Positions 1 to 11,110 of a DNA stretch of 64,000 bases are shown here, piece by piece (the stretch's first letter is position 1; each line of letters begins with the position of its first letter). The DNA lies in NCBI GenBank assembly GCA_002269645.1, contig NIVC01002950.1, positions 1 through 64,000 on the forward strand, read 5' to 3'. The notes beneath the pieces were generated by a model. It did not search any database. It was not told the origin of the DNA and worked only from the letters and a program-made list of their open reading frames with translations. This DNA is from Macrostomum lignano. Lineage: Eukaryota. Position numbers and translations under genes: made by a program.

Positions 1-436
1 CGAACTTGGACGGTCGCGCTTCGCATAGTACAGCCCGAACATCACTGGTCCACTGCTCGCAGTCTGTTTTCTCTCTTTTTCTGTCTCCGCCTCTGTTTAC
101 TCGGCTACGAGCGTCTCTCCTGAAAGCATTTTATTTTATTGCGTCTTCTTTTATTAACGTTTTGAGCTGCAACCCGTACGCGCTCAAAAATTGCTCGACT
201 CATTCAGCTGTCTTCAATTCAGGTTCGAATTTCTGTCGGGCAACCCCCACCCCCACGTCAAAAGAAAGAAAAAACATAGATTTGCTTAGCACAAGCTCGT
301 GGGATGCTCAAAACGCGTGAGCATATACAAGCAAGCCCTTTTCAGGTGTTACTTGTACTACAACTAATTGCTATATTAGCAGTTATTTGACTATTATTAT
401 ACTACAATAAAAACATTACATAATTTGTGTAAGCAA

Positions 437-640
437 GCCTTAAAATCTCAGCAACTCACCCCGTAAGCCTCGAAATCTCAGCAATTCATCCAGTAAGCCT
501 CGACATCTTAGCAATTCTTTCGAGCAAACATCCCCCGATAACAACCCCCCCCCCAAATAGCAAGCACCCGCCAGATAGCAAGTATCCCCCAGATAGCAAG
601 TATCCTTAGGTAACACCCCCCCAAATACCAAGCACCACCA
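437..640. repeat. Short degenerate tandem repeats (30-bp unit x2-3, then ~20-bp GCAAGTATCCCCCAGATA-like units)
   Basis: Repeated CAGCAA(C/T)TCA..CCGTAAGCCTCGA and GATAGCAAG(C/T)A motifs are visible directly. Confidence 0.6.
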
Positions 641-1413
641 GATTGCAAGCTAGTAAAACAATTTCCTCAGCTAGTGCAATAATCCTTTTCTCATTTAGTG
701 CAATAAATTATAGTCAGGGAAGCCTCTATGGTCGCTTCGCGGGTAGCTTAGCGAGCCAATAGGATTTCCTGATACAGTCAACAAGTCAAGAACAACTTAA
801 AAAGTTTCATTGCTTTAAGTACTAATCAACACCCATGCTTGGCGAATGTAGTCATTGATAATTGTACAAATATTCTTTTTGACTGCAATTTTTGCATAGC
901 TACTGGTAATTCAAATTTTCTTACATGTTGGTAAGTTGAGTGCCATTCCGGAGTACATATGTTAAAGTTTAAAATTGTAGCTCTCAATTAACGCTCGAAT
1001 TAGTAGATTCTCCTGACTAAGGCCCAAGAGGATCAACTAAGCATGTTAGTTAGCTTGTTAGTTAAGTGAAGCAAGTCGGCACGTGCAGGAAAAGATAACT
1101 TTCTGGTTGAAAATCCTCTCGATGGGTGGCCAAGTTAACAAAAAATACACCAGAACTGAGCTGTAAATTTTATCTTGGCGAAGGCTATACGCCGGATACC
1201 ATGCAATCCATTAATTTCATCCAAAGGTCCCTAAACAGGCAATAAATATTCATATGTCTATCGCGCATTTCCAGTCTAGTCTAAAATGATTTATAGACTG
1301 AATTAGTGCTTTAGCCGAAATTATGTATCAATACATGTACGTACCTTGTAATGAAGCTGAGCATCAAAACTGAAAGATATCATGGTATGTTTAGCATGTT
1401 ATGTTAGCTATGA

Positions 1414-1590
1414 GGGGCTGTAGCCTAGTGGTTGGAGCGTCGGACTCACGTCTGAAAGGTCGGGGTTCGATTCTCAACCTATACTTGGAAACAATTTGTG
1501 TACTTAATTCTGCATTGCTTCAGTTCACCCAGCTGTAAAATGGGTGCCAGCATTAGCGGGGGTAATTGAGGATGTGTATTAGGGAGGGGG
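1414..1590 (+). mobile_element. tRNA-derived SINE, family 1 (tRNA-Met-like head + CORE-like body)
   Basis: GGGGCTGTAGCCTAGTGG A-box and GGTTCGATTC B-box, followed by CAGTTCACCCAGCTGTAAAATGGG, which resembles the CORE-SINE central domain. Related copies lie at 17624, 24490 and 47970. Confidence 0.8.
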
Positions 1591-3183
1591 GTTTTTATAT
1601 TATTAATATTATTAGCATACCACTTTTTGTACACTTTATAGACAGATTCTGACTAAACTTCGGGGATAAACTTATAGATGTGTGTACTAATTGAACCATT
1701 CTTAGTACACTGTGTCTATAGGACATATCGGAAATTTCCCATGGAACCAGCTAATTTATGGTTCCCATTTCTGCCTCACTGTAAATACTGTATGTTCTAA
1801 TTTTAGCTAGCTATATATTTTGCTTTAGTTTACATGTACAGTATGTTCACTGAAATTTAGATTTTTTCAAATAAACTCGAATTTAGCAAGTCGATCGTTG
1901 TTTTAAATAAGTTCAAGCCATGCGGAGACTTAATTACATGTACGTAGTCTCTTTTTAGATAAAAAAATCGAAAGCAACCGACTTCTCGCTCATCCTTGTG
2001 ACTTTAAAAAGAGTAAAAAAGTGGTATTTTTATTTAAAGATTCGGAATGCTGAAAAAGTACACGTGTGTCTGCTCTTAATTGTGGCTTACTGCGATATAA
2101 TGGCTAGTTTAATTCTACTGTGTATAATGGTGACAGCTCTAAGAATTTAAAAAGTTTTGTACGAGCGTAATTTAATTGACCACTCAGAAATGCAGAAGAT
2201 GACATTAAGAAAGTGTTTGAAAATTGTAAAAAAGATGTACAGCCGTAGTGCTGGTAGAGCTGGTAGAACAATTCAGGGAATTGAAGCAAGTGTCGCGTAC
2301 GGCATTGTCTATTAGTTCGTGACAAACCCAATTTTGCGACTAAACCGTCCAATCTGTAGTTGCACCGTTTCCGCTACAACGATCAAAATTGTATTCATTC
2401 TATTTTTTCTGTTGCTTCAGATCAGATCGGATGAACTCAAAGGCCCTGTCTCTCCTAATACTAAAACTGACGCGATGTTTGTCTGTATCAGACTATAATT
2501 CTAAACCCGTCCTTCCTTGCAGACGGGAGAAAGGAGCTGCATGGTCAGAAATTGCAATCTAGAGTATAAAAGAAGAGGAAGCATTAGCAAAAAATCTCAG
2601 CTATAAAGGCCGCTTTGACGTTCGAACGAAGTCGCAGTGCTACATTACAGGGGCGTGGCTAGATAAGACCTTTGCACAGGCTTTAGCTTTAGCTCAAGAT
2701 CGACAGCAATTTGCCAGCTACAAATGAGAGCATTTCTTTGCTGCTTTAAAGCAGTGACAGGCGCAAGATTTAAAGCATTTCATCAGAACACTGTCATTTG
2801 TCTACATATCTTTGAGTCTTTCGGTCGAAGATTACCCATCTAGACATAGATTCAGATAGGCAATGTTCTATCATCAGCGTGATGGAACAGCCGTTGCTAG
2901 AGTACATTTAAACACGATTGAAATGTTTTTAAATGTTACGGTTTAAAAAGACGTATAAATGGCTTTCTACACCTCTGAACAATTTCGATGAGATGAGCCA
3001 ATGACCAACAGTGTTGTATCTCTTTATTGCCGTCCAATTCATTTGGGAATTTTGTCGAGAAATGTAATCCACTTTGCCCGTGCGCCTCGTCTATTCCCCC
3101 AGTGTTAAATGAGCGATGATAATCAGTAGCGTAACACTGCTACCATAGAAAAACCAACAAGATGGATAGACATGACTACTTAG

Positions 3184-3321
3184 CGGAGATAACTCATTAT
3201 CTCCGGCGGAGATAAGGCGTTATACTCGGGTCGCACTGCAAGCCGTGGATTACATACAAAGAATCGCCTGATACTAGGAGATGAGCTATAGACAGAATCT
3301 CCTCGTATCAGGCGATTCTTT
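3184..3321. repeat. Two adjacent inverted repeats (8-bp hairpin; 25-bp arms with 14-nt spacer)
   Basis: GGAGATAA-ctca-TTATCTCC at 3184-3203. AAAGAATCGCCTGATACTAGGAGAT (3258-3282) pairs with ATCTCCTCGTATCAGGCGATTCTTT (3297-3321) with one mismatch. Confidence 0.8.
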
Positions 3322-3704
3322 TTTATGTTCCCGATCATTTTGGTTTATACTAGCTAAACTGCACTCAATAAACTCTCGCCCTTGTATACAGAAAGTACAT
3401 TTAACTGGCCTGGTCCCAACACGCGGATATTTTACTCAAGCTCAGCGTCTTCCCTTTTTCCAAGCCTCTTTCCGAGCAGATCAACATGGCCATGGGTAAC
3501 TTGTATTATTAATGATATGAAGTCTCGAGCTCAAAGCAGAAATTCACCATAGCTCAAATAGCCGGGCCTTGCTAAAAGTGCACTTAGCAAGTAGTTGTTA
3601 TTTTGTATGAAGAATTCTTTTGCTGTATCAATAAGGCTTTAATACGGACTATGTAGAATGAATCAATTAAAAATCATTTCTAGATTGTTGAGCTATCGTA
3701 TCAG

Positions 3705-4335
3705 ATTGTCACAGACATTTGTCACAGTTAATGTCACTTGTCCCACTGGTGTCACTTGTCACACAATTGCGTCGCTTGTCTCACTGGTGTCACTTGTCAC
3801 ACAATTGCGTCGCTTGTCTCACTGGTGTCACTTGTCCAACTGGTGTCACTTGTCCCACTGGTGTCACTTGTCACACAATTGCGTCGCTTGTCTCACTGGT
3901 GTCACTTGTCCCACTGGTGTCACTTGTCCAACTGGTGTCACTTGTCCAACTGGTGTCACTTGTCCAACTGGTGTCACTTGTCCCACTGGTGTCACTTGCC
4001 CCACTGGTGTCACTTGTCCAACTGGTGTCACTTGTCCCACTGGTATCACTTGTCGCACTTGTGTCACTTGTTCCACTGGTGTCACTTGTCACAATAGTGT
4101 CCCTTGTCACACTAGTGTCACTTGTCACAATAGTGTCACTTGTCAAACTGGTGTCACTTGTCACAATAGTGTCCCTTGTCACACTAGTGTCACTTGTCAC
4201 AATAGTGTCACTTGTCAAACTGGTGTCACTTGTCACAATAGTGTCACTTGTCAAACTGGTGTCACTTGTCACACAATTGCGTCGCTTGTCTCACTGGTGT
4301 CTCTTGTCGAAGTTGGGGTCTCTTGTCACACCATC
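3705..4335. repeat. 18-bp minisatellite (CCACTGGTGTCACTTGTC and variants)
   Basis: Tandem units are visible; the array explains the TCPTGV/LVSLV ORFs. Confidence 0.95.
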
Positions 4336-5688
4336 TTGTCACAATATTTATATATAAACATTTAGCGCCTACAGCCAATTTGCGAAAAAAGCGGGGCCTA
4401 AGAATTCAGCTCTGAGTCACTTTTGGCGGACAAAAATCTTCTATTACCAATTAGGTTGACCTAGAAAATCGCAACCATTGTAACGATATATAATCCTTTC
4501 TTGATAGCTTTTGAGCGAACAGTACATGTATTTCATAAAGTGTAACGTACTGCTCTCTACTCTACATATATCCATATTTCTCCTCTATACTCTCCTCTCT
4601 CCTCTCTTTCACTCTCCTTTTCATTCCAGCCGTATAGTCGAACCCCAAGCCAAATCTCCGGGCATATGGGTGTACATTGAGTGTACGGACCACGACGGAG
4701 AAAGAGAGAGAGAGAGAGAACTGGAAGACAGAGATCGGAACAGCGCGGATCATCCAATGAGAGGAAATTGCTTCCCTCCTCGCTATAGAGGATGGCGGAT
4801 TTATCCACGTGCGCTGTGGGGCTTTGCATTTAATCAGCTAGCTTGGCTGCCTTTAAGGAAGCAGGTTTCCAGCGTTATTTTAATAAATTCAAATACTGAT
4901 TTCTTTGCACTTTAAGCATTTGATCCTGCACGGTAAGTATACACCTGCAGTATACTTATAGCTATTGAAATAAGCTAGTATTTGAACCTTATATAGCATA
5001 GATCAGCGGATTAATGTGTCTGATTATTGAGTCAGATTACCCCGGGTTCGATTCCGCACGTGTATCCTAGTTTGTTATAACATTAACTACTATTAGTAGT
5101 CAGATCCTAGAACTGTTATAGCAGAATCTGGAAAATTAAAACAGAGGCTTATATCTACGTGTATAAGAATTCGTTTGCCAGATATTCATTACAAAATATC
5201 AATTACCAGTTCCAGCAAAGTACGAGGTATAAGCTAAAGGGAGCTGCATATTTCTACCTCAGAAAAACAAAAAAACAGCGTCGTTTAAAACAAAGCAGAC
5301 GAGAGACTGCTGACAAAGCGTTTCAGAATTGATTATTCCAGACTGCCTCACTTTGAGTAGAGATTTTTCTCAGTTATTCTCTTCATCCCAGAGAGTTCAC
5401 TGTAAATCTCATTTTCTATACAGTTGTCTGCACAATCCTCTGGGGAAACTGCAGGCTTTCTCATTTTATTGAATTTCAACCCTGTGAGCGCCAAGCTGAC
5501 TGCAAATTTTGTATGAATACACACACACAAGCACTCCAAATATCTTATGCATCTTATGCTCTTGATTAGCAAGTAAAACGATTCGAAATATAAATTAAGG
5601 AAATTGCTGTTTTTGAAGCGACTAAAAACACATGAACTAATTATTTAAACAAACATGCAAATCAGTCTAAGAAATATTTCAGATATTT

Positions 5689-5998
5689 CCAGGCTCGATT
5701 CTAAGTGCAGTCACATTATTTTGGGGCTAAATTGGAATTTCCGCTTGGCTCTGCTCGTGCAATTAACGCCCAGCTTGAGGGCCAACCCCCAAGACACAGT
5801 GAAGTGTTCATGCCTAACGATAAATAAAGTTAGGGCCGCTGTGCACTCCTGTGTGTTTACCTGTGCGTATGACTGCGTACGTATCCGCGCGCTTGTGTGC
5901 CTGCTCAGGGTAGTCGGCGGAATGGGCGTAATGCCTCTCGCCGGTTGTGTGACAATGTCGCTTAAAGTGCGCCAGGGTGCACACAACCCCCCCTGCCT
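5689..5998 (+). mobile_element. tRNA-derived SINE, family 2, 5'-truncated copy (starts at B-box)
   Basis: About 310 bp closely similar to the reverse complement of 26425-26722; starts CCAGGCTCGATTC (B-box). Confidence 0.85.
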
Positions 5999-6272
5999 CC
6001 AATAAAAATAACTTAAACCCTAAACCAAACCAAGTCCTAATCTAACCTAAACTCTAACTCTAATCATAACGGAAACCTAACTTAACCTTAGTCGTCGGGA
6101 GGTGAGATTGGCTGGTAGTCAAATGACAATATCCTGTAGCGTCCCTTTACTTTAGTTGCCGCACGAATAATATAGATAAACTAGAAACTACTACTGACTA
6201 TTGTTAGTAGGCAGACGCAGAACTCGTATCTTTTCTATTTAGAACCATTTAAATCAACCTGTTCACAGCGAC

Positions 6273-6558
6273 ATGGCTCAAGAATACGAAGTGTCGATTA
6301 GCTGCAATAATCTGGCCGACAAAGACCTGCTCAGCCGATCAGACCCGATGGTGATTCTCCTCGTCAACGTGCCGAACACGAAACGATTCGTAGAACTGGG
6401 ACGCACCGAGCTCATTAGGAATTGCCTCAATCCACGATTCCTGCGCACCCTCCGCATCACCCAAGGAACTGGCGGCGAGGATCCGACAATGCGCGTGGCG
6501 GTGATTGACATCGACAATTTCGACGACATCGACCGACTAGCCGATCAGGACTTTATTG
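6273..6558 (+). CDS. Copine-like tandem C2 protein, exon 1 (C2A)
   Basis: MAQEYEVSISCNNLADKDLLSRSDPMVIL...ELGRTELIRNCLNPRF...DQDFIG matches the copine C2A pattern (L.DKD..SKSDP, E.GRTE.I.N.LNP.F). The exon ends at G|GCGAGT (phase 1). Confidence 0.8.
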
Positions 6559-7127
6559 GCGAGTATCATTACGCATTAGAGGTTTTAGGATTCGACCTCA
6601 TATATCTTTCCTGTTGCTCTTAAGTTGGCGATCTCGTATACATGACGAAGAATCAAACGCTACTACTTATTTGCGTTCAGTAGTATGGTAAAGATTCGAG
6701 AGTGTCGCTGTGGTTTGATGCTGGGTTTATGACTCGTCAGCTTGACAAAGCTTCAGTGACTTCGCAACAGGACAAAACATTATAAGATATTAACCATTTT
6801 CAATGACTAATAAGGAAACAGGCAATCATGGGATTTAACCTAAATTTACCTGAAGGAAGCGAACCCTTTAAGCGACGAAATAAATTATTTTTTGTAATTT
6901 AATAGAGAAAAAAATATAATTTGCCAAAATTACGCCGACTTAGCGGCCACGACGCGTGACTAAATAGCAAAGAGCGGAGGGGGAGGCTGCCCTAAGCCCC
7001 GCACACACGCAGAGCACCAGCACCCCACCAACCCACCAAAACGAGACCAGTCCGGCGCGGGGGAGGGGGTTAAAACCAGTTAGAGTCAGATACCTGCCTC
7101 AAACTGACGTAATTTTTAACGAAACAG

Positions 7128-7633
7128 GAAGAGCCGAGTTTCACCAATCACTGCTGACCAGCAACCGAACCTTCAGTGTCCTGCTGAGCGGCAACTCTGG
7201 CGAAGTTGTCTTCAAAACGCGTCCCTACGACGCAGGCCTCGATGGTCACGTGACATTGGAGCTAGCCAATCACAGCTTCCCGATAAAGGATCGCGCTATT
7301 TTCTTAGAAATTTACCGTCTAGACGAAATTGATGAGGACGCTGACGGCGTGCTGGCCTATCGCTCGGAGCAGTCCGTGTCGGGAGAATTCGAGCCAGTGA
7401 AAGTGTCTTTGTTCACGCTGGCTCTTGGTAGCCGGCAGAGCAAACTCCGGTTCGAATGCTGGCGCTTCTGCAATCGCGGCGATCACGTCTGCCTTGGAAG
7501 AAAACTAACGAGCCTGGAGGAGCTGGAGCAGCTCTATGTGCATCACAATGTTCCGCTACTATCGTTTAACTATAAAGACGAGGACAGCCGTTACTGCAGC
7601 CTGCTGGTCAAGTACGTCGACGTCCGTCAGTGA
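7128..7633 (+). CDS. Copine-like tandem C2 protein, exon 2 (linker + degenerate C2B, stop)
   Basis: Acceptor AAACAG|GA at 7127/7128. The open frame RAEFHQSLL...FLEIYR...LAYRSE...LRFECW...GDHVCLG is C2B-like. The spliced CDS is 792 nt (263 aa). Confidence 0.75.
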
Positions 7634-9712
7634 AGAAACCCATTTAGAGGATTTAACACTTCAAATTTATTGGAATTCATTCGAAGGCCCAGTTTTGCTC
7701 GAAAGTGCATTAGCAAGATAGATTTTCTGTTGAAGTGGTCGGTCCCGCAACTTCATCGACTTCTGAAAACTGTAGAAAATTTTTAGAAGGAGATCAGGAG
7801 CTAGTTTAGCTACTTCTAAAAAATAGAAATTCTCTACATTAGCATCGAGCTTTTAGGTGAAATTGGCACTTTTAGTAAAAATTTTAGTCATGTGAAGTGT
7901 AAGTCCTCAAAATAACACGACGTCCAGAAAGCTTTGAGTTTAGACTTTTTTATTTAGCTGTTTTGTCTATGCGAGTGTATTTTTTCTAAGTGTTTCTGTG
8001 CCTGTGTTTTGTCACGTAATTTTAATTTTATCTAACACCTTAATTCTTGCTGTTCGAGTGCAATAGGCTAATCAACAAACAATAGCAGTTGGTCTTGCGT
8101 GATTTCTAAAATCAACTGGTACGAGAATTACGAGCGTAGCTCAGGCTTTCGATTATTAGAAATCATACAGCTAGCTTTGAACCGGAAAATCTTTTTGCTT
8201 TAAAAACAAGAGGACAAGTTTTTTTATTGAATCAAAAGCGCTATCTGTGATAACTCTGTTGATCAGACCAAACTCTAGAGACAGCTTTTGCTTTTACGCA
8301 AGCCCCAAGTCCCATTCTTGTCGTACTTAAGACCGCGTAGTTTTGCAATGATTCTTATTAATTTATGTGCTTGTTATTATTTCGTTTTGAGTTAATATCC
8401 TTGATTGTTATTACACACTTGCATAGATTTTTTTCTTATATCGATGGTTTTTGTTGTATGTGAAGAAAATTCTAATTAGCCGGAGCAAAAATTTACTAAA
8501 TATTAGTTTTGCCAATATTTATACATTTCCTGTAAATTTTTATTCAGTGATAAGCGCCGCGTGCACCATATGCCAGCTAGGACATCAACTCGGCGTCTCT
8601 GAAAGATAATTTTACATCGCATCGATGTTTGTTATCCACCGATCGATGTACAGCATACACCATTATGGACAGCTAAGTTTGAAGGAAGCTAGTTCCGTAA
8701 ATCGTGTTGGCGAACTCTAAAAGTGAACCCAGGTTTTCAAAGCAAAATGCAATACCAGGGGAGCTTGTAGTTTGAGACTAAAATAAAGATTAACACATAT
8801 ATAGATTTTCCTTTTGGACTTTTGAACTGCAAACACAGCAATCAAGTCTCTCATGAGTTTGATTCAAAATTACAAGTTGGTTTCAATTTTGCTTCGAAAA
8901 GCGCGTAGACCTCAGAGCTAGAAATTTATAAACTACGATGAATAGCTGACTATATAGCTATAGGCCTAGTTTAAAATCAGACAAGCTATTGTCAGATTCC
9001 AAAATCTTTGCTCCTGAAGATTTAAGTAGCTGCTATAGGATATTTGTTCAACATAAATATAAGCATGTTTAACTTTATAAACAGCAATTCAGTAAAAAGA
9101 CATTCTTTAATCTCTTAATTAGAATTATATTTGTTCGGCTATTGTAGCGAGCATCTTGCTTGGTGTGTTGGCCAGTAAAAATCAATTATGTCGAATTTGT
9201 TCATCGCGTCTCAGTCATCTTGTCTTCTCTGGTCTTGCCTTTCAGTCATAGCTATATATGACTCAGTAAATAACTTGTAAAAAACTTTTGATATAGCTAG
9301 AGCTCTGTGTCTTTTAGCCATGCACGTACTGTTGCGAACTTCAGAGCTTTTTTCCTATAAGACTAGAGCATAAACCACTGCATGCTCAGCAAAGTCAGTA
9401 GCCAGCTATAGTTGCAAAAAAATTGTTTCAAGTTACAAGAGTTGGCTAAAAAGGCACGAAGTAGCTACGAGACTATTACTATGACCAAATGTCACACCAT
9501 CCGTCTATAAAACTTAAGCAGTCACCAAGAGAAGTGTAGAGTATTCTGCCTCCCTCAAAAATACATAAAAATTGTAAACATACTACTTATACATTTCATT
9601 CAGTAGTATAGCATGTAGCATGTATATAAATAAGTGTTAAACCACATATACATTAATCAATCAGAAAAGCGAAAAGTCGGTCATGCTATTTTTTAGTAAC
9701 CAATCAATCATG

Positions 9713-10592
9713 TGTGACCTACAATTGTCAGTTCAAACCCCACCTGCGATTCATCATTTGGCTTGCACCCGGTTTGCACCCTGATGAACCAATCAAAAGA
9801 AACAAAAAACTACCAGCTACGGTAACCAATCATGCGCGCTTACAGTAGACTAGTTGCGCAACTCTACCCTGTAATGCTTGACAGCAACCAAAAGTTGAAC
9901 CTTTGACATTTAGAGAAAATGCACCCAACGACCTTATGAGGGTCCGAATCTCTATAAAAACAAGTGGTCCGAAGCGGACCCGGAGCCAACAACCGGTCTC
10001 CGGAAGGAGAAGCTCCGAAGAGGAAGCCAAGGAACTTCCTACAGAAGAAGTCTCTTCGAGTTCTTGCGGTAAGCCTTACTCATTTGCGCCAGTAGTTTGA
10101 GACGTCTCATTTGTGTTGAGTTTGAGTCTGTTGAGACTCTTGAGTCTATTGAGACTCCATTGGCTGTAGTCTCCAGAAGGACTACCCTGATAGATCCTAG
10201 AGGACTATCGGTGATTACCTTAGCTATACCTAGAGTGCATTAAGTCACTGCTAGAAAGAGTAGGCTTATTTGAAACCGCAGCTTGGCGCAGGGATCCCAT
10301 TGTTAATTCGAAGCTTCCTATTGGTCCGAACAACAGATACCGGCCGGCAAGAAATTAAGGAGCGTATCAGGACCAACAAAAAAGAAAGAATCAAGGCGCC
10401 AGATCGACTGACCGATCTACTGGGAGAAGACACAGCCTCCTGAGCACGAGAACTACTCAAGGAAGAGATCAACTAATCCGGACTCAATATAAATAAGTTA
10501 CCTTCATTTGATTACTGGGTTGCCTAGCTAGGAGCTAGAAGTGATTTTCTTTGATTACCGAGAAAGGTCTCAGTAATAAGGAACACATCACA
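9713..10592 (+). mobile_element. Possible solo-LTR-like segment with promoter features
   Basis: TGTGA...TCACA ends, CCAAT boxes near 9789 and 9826, TATAAAA near 9952, splice-donor-like G|GTAAGC at 10069. No TSD found, so support is weak. Confidence 0.3.
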
Positions 10593-11110
10593 AGCAGTTG
10601 GTAAACAAGTTTGATTTTATTCTCTCTTCTATAGAAAAATTGAAGTTTAAAATATTGTGGAAATATAGCTTTGACTTTACCACGATAAGTTATCTTATTG
10701 TAATTCAGCAAGCAAAAAGTTAACACAGCTTTTAAAAACACATGCTAAAACTCTTCCAGAAAATTGCGGATGAGGGGCCAAGCAAATATTGAAACGGCAA
10801 CGTCTCGGTGTTACTGTGCGTGAAGGTACGGCGCTGCCGTTGCTACTCAACGGATCATAAATTGATATAAATATTTAGTCTAAAGTGCCTCACTATCCGG
10901 GAAAACTTGTTCTAACATCCTGATGGTAAAAGGTTTTTCTAACGCTCAAGCAAACACTTCAAGCATACACGAATTGATTGAATGCAAACTCACGGAGAGA
11001 TTTCATTTACCTGTTCAGCCTTGTTTAGTTATTTCAGTGTATTTAAGGTGCAGAAATTCTCCTGAAATTTCATGAAATTTCATTCTGAGAAGCTTCTTAA
11101 ACACGTTGAA

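Noticed and set aside
1414-1485. tRNA gene (also 17624, 26700-26772, 47970)
   Set aside because: A/B boxes are present, but acceptor stems do not pair, anticodon loops differ between copies, and each head continues into a shared non-tRNA body, as expected for SINEs.
3658-4365. Cys-rich TCPTGV-repeat ORF (235 aa) and overlapping ORFs
   Set aside because: These are readings of an 18-bp minisatellite. Several frames on both strands are open, and there is no signal peptide or splice support.
5030-5060. Isolated B-box-like CCGGGTTCGATTCC
   Set aside because: No convincing A-box or cloverleaf; at most a decayed SINE head.
6015-6090. Telomere-like CCTAA/CCCTAA run
   Set aside because: Too degenerate and short to call an interstitial telomere; there is no consecutive perfect TTAGGG array.
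6563-6568. GT donor (GA|GTATCA) for the copine-like intron
   Set aside because: It shifts exon 2 out of the C2-coding frame and leads to a premature stop.
9780-9800. Hammerhead ribozyme cores at CTGATGA sites (also near 21324, 27069, 27103)
   Set aside because: I could not find the flanking stems and GAAA core in the required arrangement.
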